Assembly: GCA_964418485.1 (NCBI GenBank)
Contig: CAYQMH010000001.1
Coordinates: 29,237-93,236 of the forward strand
From: an uncultured bacterium
Lineage (GTDB): Bacteria > Hydrothermota > UBA3072
Reading direction: 5' to 3'
DNA length: 64,000 nucleotides
Under the pieces are notes generated by a model that was not told the DNA's origin, did no database searches, and was given only the letters and a program-made list of their open reading frames with translations. This document shows positions 40,716 to 50,587 of this stretch, piece by piece. The stretch's first letter is position 1, and each line of letters opens with the position of its first letter. Position numbers and translations under genes: made by a program.

Positions 40716-42266
40716 ATGTTTTTTTTATCCTTTTTACTTGTTTCGGCTCTATACATCGATGGGGAAAATTATGTTAAGATATATAGAAGTTCCAATGAAA
40801 TAGATCTTTTCTTTGTTGAGCAGGGTTTTTTTAATCCTGCGCTCGGGTTTGGCATTGTAGGTGCCGATTTAAACCCTGCAGTTCTCGGTAAAACCGATGA
40901 CGTTGAATTTTTTACCGCTTTTTCTCTTCCGGGAGTAAGCTCGAACGATGTTAATTCCTTTACTTTTGAAGTTGAGGGAGACAATAGAGATATTACGAAT
41001 GATGTTTTTGTTAGAGATGATAGTCGATTGTACGGGCAATACAGTTCTTTAGGAGGTATAAATTTTATTGGTTTTTCGAAAAGATTTGGTATGTTCGGTG
41101 TAGGTATTTCTTACGGAAGTGGTTATAGATTGGGTGTTGAGGCTAGTTTGAGTGGTAGTGTTTACGGCAGCTTCAAGTCGGATGAGTCTTTTGATTTCAC
41201 TCACGATGATTTTTCTGAAATTCCTGTTGGCGATGTGGTAAGCGTAAGTCCGATAATTTCGGGTGGGATATCTTTTGATAATCCTTTACCTTTGAAGGTC
41301 GAATATACCGATTTTCCGATTTTTCTCGGAGGAGGTTTAAATTATGGGCCTCTGTCAGTTGGCGCGGGTCTTAAGTTCCAGAAATGCGGAATTATGGGAG
41401 AAGGAAGTTTTTCTGCTCGGATAGATAGTTTTATTCTTAGAGTGGAGGATACTATTGTTGTTGATGATAACGGTGATGATTGGATAATTCGAGACTTTTC
41501 GGCCGAGTTAGACCTGGATGAGGATCTTTTTAACGGTACAATCCAATCTACGGGTCTTTCGACTACGCATTCTGTCTTTACCTTTGGAACACTTTTTGAT
41601 TTTGCTGGCATGAAACTTTCCATGGGGTTTGACTTTGGCGCGAGTTATGAGCTTGTAGGAGGATACCAGTGGATGTTTTCTGCGGTATCGGATTTGCCCG
41701 AGGATTTTATGAATATTGATTCAACTAATCTTACTATCATTCAAGATTCTTTGATTACCGGTACGGCAATTATTAGAATTGATAGTATGATTCGGGATGA
41801 GGACTCGGAATATGTGGCTGACTCCACCTTTACTTTCAGCGGTTCCAGTTTCAATTTTAGTTTTTTGCTCGATTTGCCGCTAAAGATAGGCTTTAACGGA
41901 CGTTTTGGTTTTCCTTCTTCCGATTATAGCTTGAATAAGTTAGGGTTGTGTCTGTATTCCCGTTTGCCTGTTCCCGGCATTGGTGTGGATTTAGGTCTTG
42001 CTATGGATTGCGTTTTTCTCGGTGGTTCGGAAGTAGATGACTTTATATTTATTCCGTCTGCAACATTGGGTTTATCTTTTAGTTATGAAAGAGATTATCT
42101 TTGTTTTTATTTACCTGTTAAGTATGATGTTTCTCATATAGCTTCGGCGGTTCTTGGTAGCGTTTTGGAGGATAACGAAGACGAAGATGTAACTATTGAC
42201 ATGCGCAGCAGCGCAGGTATATGGGATAATTTGGCTTTTGGTTTAGGATTTAGAGTTAAAATGTAG
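40716..42266 (+). CDS. Hypothetical protein, probable outer-membrane beta-barrel
   Basis: The 516-aa ORF is Gly/Ser/Phe/Asp-rich with alternating amphipathic beta-strand-like segments and a hydrophobic N-terminus. No catalytic motif was recognised. Confidence 0.45.
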   Translation: MFFLSFLLVSALYIDGENYVKIYRSSNEIDLFFVEQGFFNPALGFGIVGADLNPAVLGKTDDVEFFTAFSLPGVSSNDVNSFTFEVEGDNRDITNDVFVRDDSRLYGQYSSLGGINFIGFSKRFGMFGVGISYGSGYRLGVEASLSGSVYGSFKSDESFDFTHDDFSEIPVGDVVSVSPIISGGISFDNPLPLKVEYTDFPIFLGGGLNYGPLSVGAGLKFQKCGIMGEGSFSARIDSFILRVEDTIVVDDNGDDWIIRDFSAELDLDEDLFNGTIQSTGLSTTHSVFTFGTLFDFAGMKLSMGFDFGASYELVGGYQWMFSAVSDLPEDFMNIDSTNLTIIQDSLITGTAIIRIDSMIRDEDSEYVADSTFTFSGSSFNFSFLLDLPLKIGFNGRFGFPSSDYSLNKLGLCLYSRLPVPGIGVDLGLAMDCVFLGGSEVDDFIFIPSATLGLSFSYERDYLCFYLPVKYDVSHIASAVLGSVLEDNEDEDVTIDMRSSAGIWDNLAFGLGFRVKM

Positions 42267-42290
42267 AATGTTTAAAAGGAGGTCTTGTAA

Positions 42291-43301
42291 ATGGCAGTTC
42301 GAGTTGGTGTAAATGGTTTTGGTAGAATAGGAAGATGTATTTTAAGAGAGGTTATAAAAAGAGACGATATAAAGATTGTTGGTATAAACGATATTGCTGA
42401 TCTTAATAATCTTGCCTATCTCTTTAAGTACGATTCTGTTCACAGAAGATTTAATGGTGACGTAAAGGTCGATGGTAATTCTCTTGTTATAAATGGTACG
42501 AAAGTTCCCTTTACGCAAGAGCGAGAGCCTGAAGAGCTTCCCTGGGGGAGTCTTGGCGCAGATATTGTTTTTGAAGCTACTGGTATTTTCAGAACAAGAG
42601 ATATGGCAGCTAAACACTTAAAAGCGGGAGCAAAAAAAGTTGTAGTCTCTGCGCCTTTTAAGGGAGACGATGGAGATTTTACGATTGTTTATGGGGTAAA
42701 TCACGATCAGTATGATCCGGCAAAACATGATATTATTTCTAATGCCTCGTGTACAACAAATTGTTTTGCTCCTGTAGTGAAAGTTATGAATGAAATGTTT
42801 GGTATAGAGCAGGGTTTAATGACTACGGCTCATGCTTATACTTCTTCTCAAAAAGTACTCGATTTACCGGCGAAGGATTGGAGGAGAGGCAGAGCGGCTT
42901 CGCTTTCCATTATTCCGACAACGACCGGTGCTGCGATTGCTACTACGAAAGTTTTTCCCGAATTAAAAGGGAAATTGGATGCGATTGCTCTTCGCGCACC
43001 CGTACCCGATGGCGCTGTGGTTGATTTTGTTTGTAAGGTTAAAAAGGAAGCTTCGGTTGATTCCGTAAATGCGGCTTTTAAGAAATATGCCGATGGTGAG
43101 CTTAAGGGAGTTCTCGAGTATTCAAAGGATCCTGTTGTATCTATGGATATTATAGGTAATCCTCATTCTTCGATTTTCGATCCTGAATTTACCAAAGTTA
43201 TCGGAGGATCATTAGTTAAGGTTCTTTCCTGGTATGACAATGAATGGGGCTTCTCTATGAGAATGATTGATGTAGCTATTATGATGGGGAAATCTCTATG
43301 A
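42291..43301 (+). CDS. gap: Glyceraldehyde-3-phosphate dehydrogenase (type I)
   Basis: NGFGRIGR and SCTTNC active-site motifs are present. Length is 336 aa. Confidence 0.95.
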   Translation: MAVRVGVNGFGRIGRCILREVIKRDDIKIVGINDIADLNNLAYLFKYDSVHRRFNGDVKVDGNSLVINGTKVPFTQEREPEELPWGSLGADIVFEATGIFRTRDMAAKHLKAGAKKVVVSAPFKGDDGDFTIVYGVNHDQYDPAKHDIISNASCTTNCFAPVVKVMNEMFGIEQGLMTTAHAYTSSQKVLDLPAKDWRRGRAASLSIIPTTTGAAIATTKVFPELKGKLDAIALRAPVPDGAVVDFVCKVKKEASVDSVNAAFKKYADGELKGVLEYSKDPVVSMDIIGNPHSSIFDPEFTKVIGGSLVKVLSWYDNEWGFSMRMIDVAIMMGKSL

Positions 43302-44488
43302 AGAAAGTTCCTTTTATCAAGGATCTTAACGTAAAAGATAAAAAGGTTCTTTGTCGTTTTGATTTTAATGTGCCTATTTCGAATGGAAAGATAGAGGATG
43401 ATAATAGGCTAAAGGCGAGTTTGCCTACCATTCGCTATTTGTTGGAACATGGTGCGACTGTGATTATGATGTCGCATCTGGGTAGGCCCGGTGGAGCGCC
43501 TGTTGAAAAATTCTCGCTTCGACCAGTAGCAGAGAGGCTTTCTGCTTTATTAGGTAAGGAAGTCCAGTTTATAGATAAGACTGTAGGAAGCAAAGTTGAG
43601 GAGAAGGTCAAATCTCTCGAGCGTGGAGATTTGTTGCTTTTGGAGAATACCAGATTTCATTCGGAAGAAGAGAATAACGATAAGGAGTTTTCCAGACTTC
43701 TTTCGAATCTTGGTGATGTTTACATAAATGATGCTTTTGCTACTGCTCATAGGGCTCATGCCTCTACTTATGGTGTCGCAGAGTTCATTCAAGATAAAGC
43801 TGTGGGCTTTTTGATGATGAAGGAAATAGAGCAGCTTTCAAAGCTTATAGAAAAGCCGGAATCACCATTTACCGTTGTTCTTGGCGGTTTAAAACTTAAG
43901 ACAAAGATACCTGTAATTAAGGGTCTTGCTCCTATTGCGGATGATATTTTGATTGGCGGAGCGATGTCTTTTAGCTTTATTCATGTAAAGGGTGGAAATG
44001 TAGGTGATTCTGTTCTTGAAGAAAGTATGTTTGATAAAGTCGAAGAGGCAATTTCGGAGCTTGAGCGACAGGGTAAGCATCTTCACTTACCGGATGATAT
44101 GGTGGTTATAGATCATATGGAAAAAATTGACGGTTCTGCCGAGTGGGAAGTTGTACCTGCTTTCGAGATTCCGAAAGGTAAAATGGGCGTTGATATTGGT
44201 CCTCGGACTATTGTTAAGTATAAAGAGATAATATCAAAATCGAAGACTCTATTTTGGAATGGTCCTGTAGGCGTTTTTGAGATACCTCCATTTGATAAAG
44301 GTACATGGGAAATCGCGAGAGAGATTGGCGCCTTAACGAAAAAAGGAGGCTTTACTGTTGTGGGTGGAGGAGATACGGATAAAGTTTTTGAAGATTCTGA
44401 TATTTCCGTGAACCATATCTCGACCGGGGGTGGTGCTTCTCTTGAGTTTGTTTCTGGTAAAGAATTAGCGGCTTTCAAGGTAATGTAA
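43298..44488 (+). CDS. pgk: Phosphoglycerate kinase
   Basis: The 396-aa ORF has a canonical PGK N-terminus (RFDFNVP) and C-terminal GGGD...STGGGA. Confidence 0.95.
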   Translation: MKKVPFIKDLNVKDKKVLCRFDFNVPISNGKIEDDNRLKASLPTIRYLLEHGATVIMMSHLGRPGGAPVEKFSLRPVAERLSALLGKEVQFIDKTVGSKVEEKVKSLERGDLLLLENTRFHSEEENNDKEFSRLLSNLGDVYINDAFATAHRAHASTYGVAEFIQDKAVGFLMMKEIEQLSKLIEKPESPFTVVLGGLKLKTKIPVIKGLAPIADDILIGGAMSFSFIHVKGGNVGDSVLEESMFDKVEEAISELERQGKHLHLPDDMVVIDHMEKIDGSAEWEVVPAFEIPKGKMGVDIGPRTIVKYKEIISKSKTLFWNGPVGVFEIPPFDKGTWEIAREIGALTKKGGFTVVGGGDTDKVFEDSDISVNHISTGGGASLEFVSGKELAAFKVM

Positions 44489-44498
44489 GGGAGGTTTT

Positions 44499-45251
44499 TT
44501 GATGAGGAAGTTACTAATTGGCGGTAACTGGAAAATGAATAAGGGTATCGCGGATACGATTAAATTCGCAGAGCTTATTAAAGAGAAAAAAGTGTCTACG
44601 GAGGATGTTGATGTATTCGTTGCACCTCCTTTTACTTCTCTTGTTGATGCCGTAAGGGGCTTTAAAGGAAGCGGAATTCGGGTTGGGGCTCAAAATCTTT
44701 TTTGGGAAGAACAAGGCGCATATACAGGTGAGATTTCTTCGGTTTTTCTTAAAGAAATCGGCGTAGAGTGGGTTATAATAGGTCATTCCGAGAGGAGAAC
44801 TTATTTTGGGGAAACTAATGCCGGAGTCAAAAAGAAAGTAGAAAAAGCCTTGCAAAAACAACTAAAAGTTGTTATATGTGTTGGTGAAACTGAAGAAGAG
44901 AGAGAAGAAGGCAAGGCAAAGGAAGTAGTGGATAAGCAAATAGAAGAGGGGCTCTTAGGTGTTGAATATGGACCTGACAATCTTGCCGTGGCCTACGAGC
45001 CGGTATGGGCAATCGGGACAGGTAAGACGCCTCATCCGGAAGATGCCGAGGAGATGCATTCTATAATTAGAGAAAAATTAGGTGATAAAGGTGAAGAAAT
45101 AAGAATAATGTATGGCGGATCTGTTAAAACACATAACATTAAGGATTTTATTTGCCAGGAAGACATAGACGGTGCTTTGATTGGAGGAGCATCTCTTGAT
45201 GTTGATGGTTTTGCAGATATGATAAACATAGCAAAGGAGATCAAATGTTAG
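44499..45251 (+). CDS. tpiA: Triosephosphate isomerase
   Basis: GGNWKMN...IIGHSERR...YEPVWAIGTGK motifs are present. Confidence 0.95.
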   Translation: MMRKLLIGGNWKMNKGIADTIKFAELIKEKKVSTEDVDVFVAPPFTSLVDAVRGFKGSGIRVGAQNLFWEEQGAYTGEISSVFLKEIGVEWVIIGHSERRTYFGETNAGVKKKVEKALQKQLKVVICVGETEEEREEGKAKEVVDKQIEEGLLGVEYGPDNLAVAYEPVWAIGTGKTPHPEDAEEMHSIIREKLGDKGEEIRIMYGGSVKTHNIKDFICQEDIDGALIGGASLDVDGFADMINIAKEIKC

Positions 45252-45664
45252 GATTTTTGGTTGCACTACATGTATTTTTTGCAGTTCTTTTAATTCTTGT
45301 CATTCTTATGCAGCAATCTCAGGGTGCGGGTATGAGTTCTGTTTTTGGAGGAACTGGCGGCGGATCTTTCTTTGGAGGAAGGGGCGCTTCGGTGCTTTTG
45401 CGGAAGGTGACCGTAGTACTTGCCGTTCTCTTTTTTCTTACCTCGACGACTATAGCGATTAGAATACCTCATTCGGTTGCCGGTGGGAAAGCAAGTATAG
45501 AGGATAGACTAAGAGAAAACTTGCCTGAGAGAGTTGGGGTACCTTTTGAGAAAGGCGGTTCAGAGGAGAATGTTCCAGAGGGTTTAATTCCAGAAGAGGG
45601 TAGTATGGTTCCGGAGGAAGGCGCAATTCCGGAGGGAAGCGCAGTTCCGAAGGGAAGCAACTGA
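45245..45664 (+). CDS. secG: Preprotein translocase subunit SecG (with extended Pro/Glu-rich C-terminus)
   Basis: An N-terminal TM helix is followed by Gly-rich GGTGGGSFFGG and a second TM. Its position after tpiA is the conserved context. Confidence 0.75.
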   Translation: MLGFLVALHVFFAVLLILVILMQQSQGAGMSSVFGGTGGGSFFGGRGASVLLRKVTVVLAVLFFLTSTTIAIRIPHSVAGGKASIEDRLRENLPERVGVPFEKGGSEENVPEGLIPEEGSMVPEEGAIPEGSAVPKGSN

Positions 45665-45686
45665 TACAACTTGAAGGAGGATTGTA

Positions 45687-46343
45687 ATGTTTGCAGTTTT
45701 TGAGGCTAAAGGATTCCAGTATCTTGGAAGTCCAGGAGAAAAGTTGAAAATACCAAGGTTGGATCGTGAGATTGGGCAGAAAGTTACTTTTGACAAAGTT
45801 TTACTTGTTAAGAATGGAGATACCAAAATAGGCCGACCTTATATTGAAGGGGCTTCTATTACGGCGAAAATTATCGACCACGGACGATATAAGAAAATAA
45901 TTGTTTTTAAGTTCAAAAAAAGAAACCGATATAAAAGAACGAGAGGACATCGCCAGGCCTATACCGAGATAGAAATTAAAGATATTATACTCGGTAGTAA
46001 GACAACTACTACAAAGAAGACTCAAGAAGAAACAGAAAAAGTTGAGAAAGATATGATAACTAAGGAAGAAACCAGGAAAATTAAAGCGGAAGCAAAGAAA
46101 AAGACAGCAACCAGGGAAGCTAAAAAGGCTAAGAAACCCACAGCTAAAAAGAAGAAATCTAGTGAAACCACAACTAAGGCAAGGAAAAAGGCTGACGAAC
46201 CTAAGAAAAAAACAAAAAAGACCGTAAAGAAGAAAGAGGCAACTGCTAAGAAAAAGAAATCCACTGCGAAATCGAAGAAAGCTTCCGATAAATCAAAGAA
46301 GACAGAGAAATCGACAGATAAACTTAAGAAAAAGAAGAAATAA
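45687..46343 (+). CDS. rplU: Ribosomal protein L21 with ~115-aa Lys/Ala/Thr-rich histone-H1-like C-terminal extension
   Basis: The first ~103 aa match L21 (MFAVFEAKGFQY...GHRQ.YTEIEI). The rest is a low-complexity KKK/AKK/TTK tail. Confidence 0.85.
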   Translation: MFAVFEAKGFQYLGSPGEKLKIPRLDREIGQKVTFDKVLLVKNGDTKIGRPYIEGASITAKIIDHGRYKKIIVFKFKKRNRYKRTRGHRQAYTEIEIKDIILGSKTTTTKKTQEETEKVEKDMITKEETRKIKAEAKKKTATREAKKAKKPTAKKKKSSETTTKARKKADEPKKKTKKTVKKKEATAKKKKSTAKSKKASDKSKKTEKSTDKLKKKKK

Positions 46344-46370
46344 AACTAATAATTTAAAGGAGGATTAGAG

Positions 46371-46622
46371 ATGGCACATAAAAAAGGTGTTGGTTCTTCA
46401 CGGAATGGCCGGGATTCGAATCCCAAATATCTTGGAGTTAAAAGGTTTGGGGGAGAAGAAGTTCAGGCGGGAACTATACTGATACGTCAGAGAGGTACCA
46501 AGTATTACCCCGGTTGGAATGTTGGTAGGGGCGGAGATGATACGCTTTTCGCTTTAAAATCCGGCAAGGTGGAGTTTGGTAGTAGGCACGGTAAAAAAGT
46601 TATAAACGTAATCTCCGGATGA
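46371..46622 (+). CDS. rpmA: Ribosomal protein L27
   Basis: [16 protein letters not shown]...LGVKRFGG is the canonical L27 start. Confidence 0.95.
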   Translation: MAHKKGVGSSRNGRDSNPKYLGVKRFGGEEVQAGTILIRQRGTKYYPGWNVGRGGDDTLFALKSGKVEFGSRHGKKVINVISG

Positions 46623-46639
46623 TCAGGGTAAATATTACC

Positions 46640-46700
46640 ACAAAGATCACAAAGGACACAAAGAAATAAAATGAGATGTTGTGTTTTCTGTGATCTTTAT
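46640..46700. terminator. Hairpin + T-run formed by a repeat-family fragment (aaagatcacaaaggacacaaag...ctgtgatctttattttttt)
   Basis: An inverted repeat aaagatcaca / tgtgatcttt is followed by atttttttt. It probably terminates the rplU-rpmA transcript. Confidence 0.45.
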
Positions 46701-46751
46701 TTTTTTAAGAGTATTACATATAATTGTATTTTACTCTTTTAGAGGTTTGAT

Positions 46752-48356
46752 ATGTTGATGCTCTCGTTTATGTTTTTTCAAATTTTTTGCGCATCCAGCT
46801 TTATAAACCCTCATTCTGTAGAAAAAGGGATGCAGGGTATAGCGTTAAGTACTTTTGAAGGAACTAGAATAGATACCATCGAGGTTGAAATTTTGGGAAG
46901 AATGCCGGATTATCAATTCGGTAAAGATGTTATAATTGCGAAATTGAAAGGGGCAATTATTGACAAGACAGGTGTTATTGCCGGTATGAGCGGAAGTCCT
47001 GTTTATATAGAAGGTAAACTATTAGGTGCGATTGCCTATGGATGGTCTTTTTCAAAAGAACCCATTTGTGGTATTACTCCTTTCGCCGATATGAAAGAAA
47101 TGAGTGAGAAAGAGTCGGTTGGTTCTTCGAATTTTACGCCAATAAAGCCTCTTCTTACCGTTGCGGGTTTTCCTACTTCTTCGGTTTCTCATTTGGATTC
47201 TCTCCCTTTCGATTTTGCGTTTAGTGAGACTGTTCTTGGAGGAAAAACCGAAGATGTTACTGAGTTGGTACCCGGTGGAGTTTGCGGTGTGACCCTTGTT
47301 TCCGGTGATGGTAATATTTCTGCTATGGGTACGATAACCGAAGTGGTCGGGGACACCATATTTGCTTTCGGGCACTCTGCTTACGCTACAGGTACTTCAG
47401 TGTTGCCGTTTTGTGGGGGAAGTGTTTTGACTTGTTTTCCTTCTCTTTTTAAATCGTTCAAATTCGCCATGCCGGGAGATATAGTCGGAAAAGTAGTGTT
47501 TGACGGAGGTGCAGGAATAAGGGCTGTAATTGGTGACGAACCTCCTATGGTTGATTGCAGAATAAAGATTGGAACACTCGAGAAAAGATACAAGGTAACT
47601 GCCGAAAGGAGTGTTTTTAACATTCTTCCTTCCTTTCTTGTGTTTTCGAATTGGGTCGAAGAGATGGGTGAATACGAAAAGGTCACCGTAAGCGGGGAAT
47701 TAAATATTTGGACGGATGAAGGTAATATTTTGGTTCCTCTTGCTCTAAGCGGTGAGGGAATTCAGAGAGGTTTATATCAGTGGGTAAGGGAGCCTCTTAT
47801 GGCAATTCAGGAAAATAGATTCGAGGGAGTAAATATTGATTCTATCTCTGTAGATTTATCGACAGAACCGGAAGTAAGAGAATATTTTATAAAGAATTTA
47901 AGTGTTGAAAAAAACAAATTTGGGCCGGAAGAAATGATTAATATTAATGTTGTGTTGAGTAGATACCGTGATAGAGATACAACTATTACCTTTAAGTTTA
48001 AAGCACCGCAGAGTCCCTGTGATTTGCTTTTCAGGGTCGCAGGTGGGAATGAATACACAAGCTTTGAACTTGGTCGGGCACCGCTTAAATTTGAGTTTGA
48101 TTATTTCGATGAATGGAAAGATTTTTTGAACTCCTTACCGCCTCCCAATATGCTTATCTTTTCAGTTTATAAAAAAGAGCCTTCGTTGATTACAGATGCC
48201 GGAGAAATCAAGAATCCTCCACCCAGTCTTGGAATGATTTTAGAAAAAGGAGAAAGGAAGATATTTAGAGATTTATATCCTCTCTTTGAGGAGAAAATAG
48301 AATTTGATGGTCCCCTTGGTGGTGAGAGTTCTTCCCTTGTGGAAGTTAGGAGATAA
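46752..48356 (+). CDS. Hypothetical secreted protein with SpoIVB-like (peptidase S55) GMSGSP serine motif
   Basis: It has a signal-like N-terminus. TGVIAGMSGSPVYIEGKLLGAIAYGW resembles the SpoIVB catalytic-Ser region. The rest is unassigned. Confidence 0.4.
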   Translation: MLMLSFMFFQIFCASSFINPHSVEKGMQGIALSTFEGTRIDTIEVEILGRMPDYQFGKDVIIAKLKGAIIDKTGVIAGMSGSPVYIEGKLLGAIAYGWSFSKEPICGITPFADMKEMSEKESVGSSNFTPIKPLLTVAGFPTSSVSHLDSLPFDFAFSETVLGGKTEDVTELVPGGVCGVTLVSGDGNISAMGTITEVVGDTIFAFGHSAYATGTSVLPFCGGSVLTCFPSLFKSFKFAMPGDIVGKVVFDGGAGIRAVIGDEPPMVDCRIKIGTLEKRYKVTAERSVFNILPSFLVFSNWVEEMGEYEKVTVSGELNIWTDEGNILVPLALSGEGIQRGLYQWVREPLMAIQENRFEGVNIDSISVDLSTEPEVREYFIKNLSVEKNKFGPEEMININVVLSRYRDRDTTITFKFKAPQSPCDLLFRVAGGNEYTSFELGRAPLKFEFDYFDEWKDFLNSLPPPNMLIFSVYKKEPSLITDAGEIKNPPPSLGMILEKGERKIFRDLYPLFEEKIEFDGPLGGESSSLVEVRR

Positions 48357-48357
48357 A

Positions 48358-50256
48358 ATGCTTTTATTTGTGCTTTCGTTTGCTTATTTATGGATATATG
48401 AAGGAGATTCTCTTTTTAATGGTCTTTCGGAAGGAACTGTGATCACGAGAGATTCGGTTTTTGTGGGGAATGAGATAGAGGAATTTTCGTGGGAAAGCAG
48501 CGGTTTTGTTTCCGATATAGTCAGGGTAGGTGATGATATATATTTTAGCGTATCCGATGCTGGCATAATTGTAAGAATGCGAGATGACGGAAAAACAGAT
48601 ACAGTTTTGACTCGTGAAGGAAATTTGGTTTCTCTGGGAAAAAAGGGGAACGTTCTTCTGGCAGGGTTATCTCCCGCAGGGAAACTTTTTTTCATAAAAG
48701 ATTCAAAAATTGTGGACTCTTTGGATGCTCCTTCAGATAATGTTTACTGTATGTTCGAATTCGCAGGGCTTTTCTTAATCGGTACCGGTCCCGAAGGCAA
48801 AGTTTATAAGCTTGCCGGAGACAAAGAGTTTGAAGAATATTTTAAAACACAAGCGGCTTCTGTTACCAGATGGCTGGTGAAGGATAAGAACCTCTTTTTG
48901 GGAACAAGTAATCCCGGACTTATATACAGGATAGATAAAAATAATGAGGGGAAAATTTATTATGATCCCGGGTTCGAGGAGGTAAACGGCCTCGGTTACT
49001 GTGGAGATACTTTATGCATTTCCGGATTGTTGCCCGGGCAGGGTGAGTCCGTAGGGGGTATTAAGTTTTATCTGAAGAATAGAGAATATGAAGTTTATAT
49101 GGGTACTCCTATATTATGTGGAGAGGTGGCTAATCTGAAGTTTTATGCCGGAGAATCTGAAGATGGTCAGTTAGGAGAGTTTCACCGCAGTGGTTTTAAT
49201 ATAGTTGCCGATCTGGACGAACCAAAAGTGACTGCACTTCAAGAGATTGATAATGATATTTGGATTGGTTCCGGTTATCCTGCCAAGGTTTATAAATTAA
49301 CCGGGAAAAGATTGAAAGAAGGAGAATATATTTCTTCTGTATTTAAGGGAGGCGTTTCTGTTATATGGGGGAATCTCGACTACGAAGGTAAGGGAGATAT
49401 AGATTTTTTTATAAGAGGAGGAAAGAAAGAAGAAGTGGATTCTTCATGGAGTAAATGGGAAAGCATCGATAAGCATATAGAATTGGAAGAGCCTTTCATA
49501 CAGTGGAAAGCAGTTTTAAAACAAGATAAAGCTTATCTGAAAGGGGTTCGTGTTTCCTATGGAAAACAAAATTCTCCTCCGAGTATACGGGAGATTAAGG
49601 TTTTGCCCCCAAAGATAGGTGCTGGTAAGATGGATGAAGGTTCTACTATTATGGGTCCTATTCCACCGGAGGATAAGGAGCGACTTAGAAGTATGGGATT
49701 CTATATTCCGGAAGATGCCTATGTTATTGGAGAAGGTCTTCGCTGTATATACTGGCAGGCAGATGATCCCGATAATGATCAACTGGTCTTCGATGTTTAT
49801 GTTTCTCGAGATTCGAAAAGTTGGGATGAAATGGAACTTGGTTTATCCGGAAACAGCTATTTTATTAATACTTCTGCCTATCCTGACGGTTATTATTATA
49901 TTAAGTTGATTGCGAGGGACGACCTGGATCAGCCAAATTCTCTTAAGACGGAAAAGAAAGTTTCTTTTTTGGTCGATCATACCCCTCCGACTTTTAAGGA
50001 AATAGAAAAAAAATCCATTCGAGACAGCGTTCTTGTGAGTGGGACTGTAACGGATGAACTTTCATCTATTATCAGTGTTATGTATAGTACTGCGGAGACG
50101 CAGAAAACGCTTTGGAAGAGAGCACGGGCGGAAGATGAACTATTTGATGAGAAAGAAGAAAAGTTTTCCTTTAAGGTTGATAAAAAAGAAAAGTACGGTG
50201 CTATAAGAGTCGTTGATAGAAATGATAATAGCAGAGTTGTAAGAATCGAATTTTAG
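48358..50256 (+). CDS. Hypothetical large exported protein (beta-propeller-like repeats + C-terminal beta-sandwich region)
   Basis: The start at 48358 follows the RBS aggagataaa and is translationally coupled to the upstream gene. It has a hydrophobic N-terminus. No catalytic motifs were found. Confidence 0.5.
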   Translation: MLLFVLSFAYLWIYEGDSLFNGLSEGTVITRDSVFVGNEIEEFSWESSGFVSDIVRVGDDIYFSVSDAGIIVRMRDDGKTDTVLTREGNLVSLGKKGNVLLAGLSPAGKLFFIKDSKIVDSLDAPSDNVYCMFEFAGLFLIGTGPEGKVYKLAGDKEFEEYFKTQAASVTRWLVKDKNLFLGTSNPGLIYRIDKNNEGKIYYDPGFEEVNGLGYCGDTLCISGLLPGQGESVGGIKFYLKNREYEVYMGTPILCGEVANLKFYAGESEDGQLGEFHRSGFNIVADLDEPKVTALQEIDNDIWIGSGYPAKVYKLTGKRLKEGEYISSVFKGGVSVIWGNLDYEGKGDIDFFIRGGKKEEVDSSWSKWESIDKHIELEEPFIQWKAVLKQDKAYLKGVRVSYGKQNSPPSIREIKVLPPKIGAGKMDEGSTIMGPIPPEDKERLRSMGFYIPEDAYVIGEGLRCIYWQADDPDNDQLVFDVYVSRDSKSWDEMELGLSGNSYFINTSAYPDGYYYIKLIARDDLDQPNSLKTEKKVSFLVDHTPPTFKEIEKKSIRDSVLVSGTVTDELSSIISVMYSTAETQKTLWKRARAEDELFDEKEEKFSFKVDKKEKYGAIRVVDRNDNSRVVRIEF

Positions 50257-50261
50257 AAAAA

Positions 50262-50586
50262 ATTAAAAAACATTAAACACAGAGGACACAAAGAAATAAT
50301 TGTGTTAAAAAAGAAAAAAACACTGAGACCACAGAGAAAAAAAGAAATAAAAAATCTATGTTCTCTGTGGTGAAATATTATGGTGGGGTGTTGTGTGAGC
50401 TCTGTGCTCTCTGTATTTTGATTTGGGTGAGGAGTGGTGGGTTAAACAAAATAAAACTCTGTGTTCTCTGTGGTAAAATATTATGGTGGGGGGTTGGGTG
50501 GGCTCTGTGCTCTCCGTGTTTTCGTCGGGGTGGTGTGTGTTTTGGAAAAACAAAACAAAAATCTCTGTGTGCTCTGTGGTAAAAAA
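50262..50586. repeat. Largest composite-repeat array: ~3 tandem ~90-bp units (CTCTGTG(T)TCTCTGTGGTAAAATATTATGGTGGGGGGTTGGGTGGG...)
   Basis: Units at about 50340-50420, 50420-50500 and 50500-50586 are 80-90% identical to each other and to 61795-61890. Confidence 0.7.
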
Positions 50587-50587
50587 T

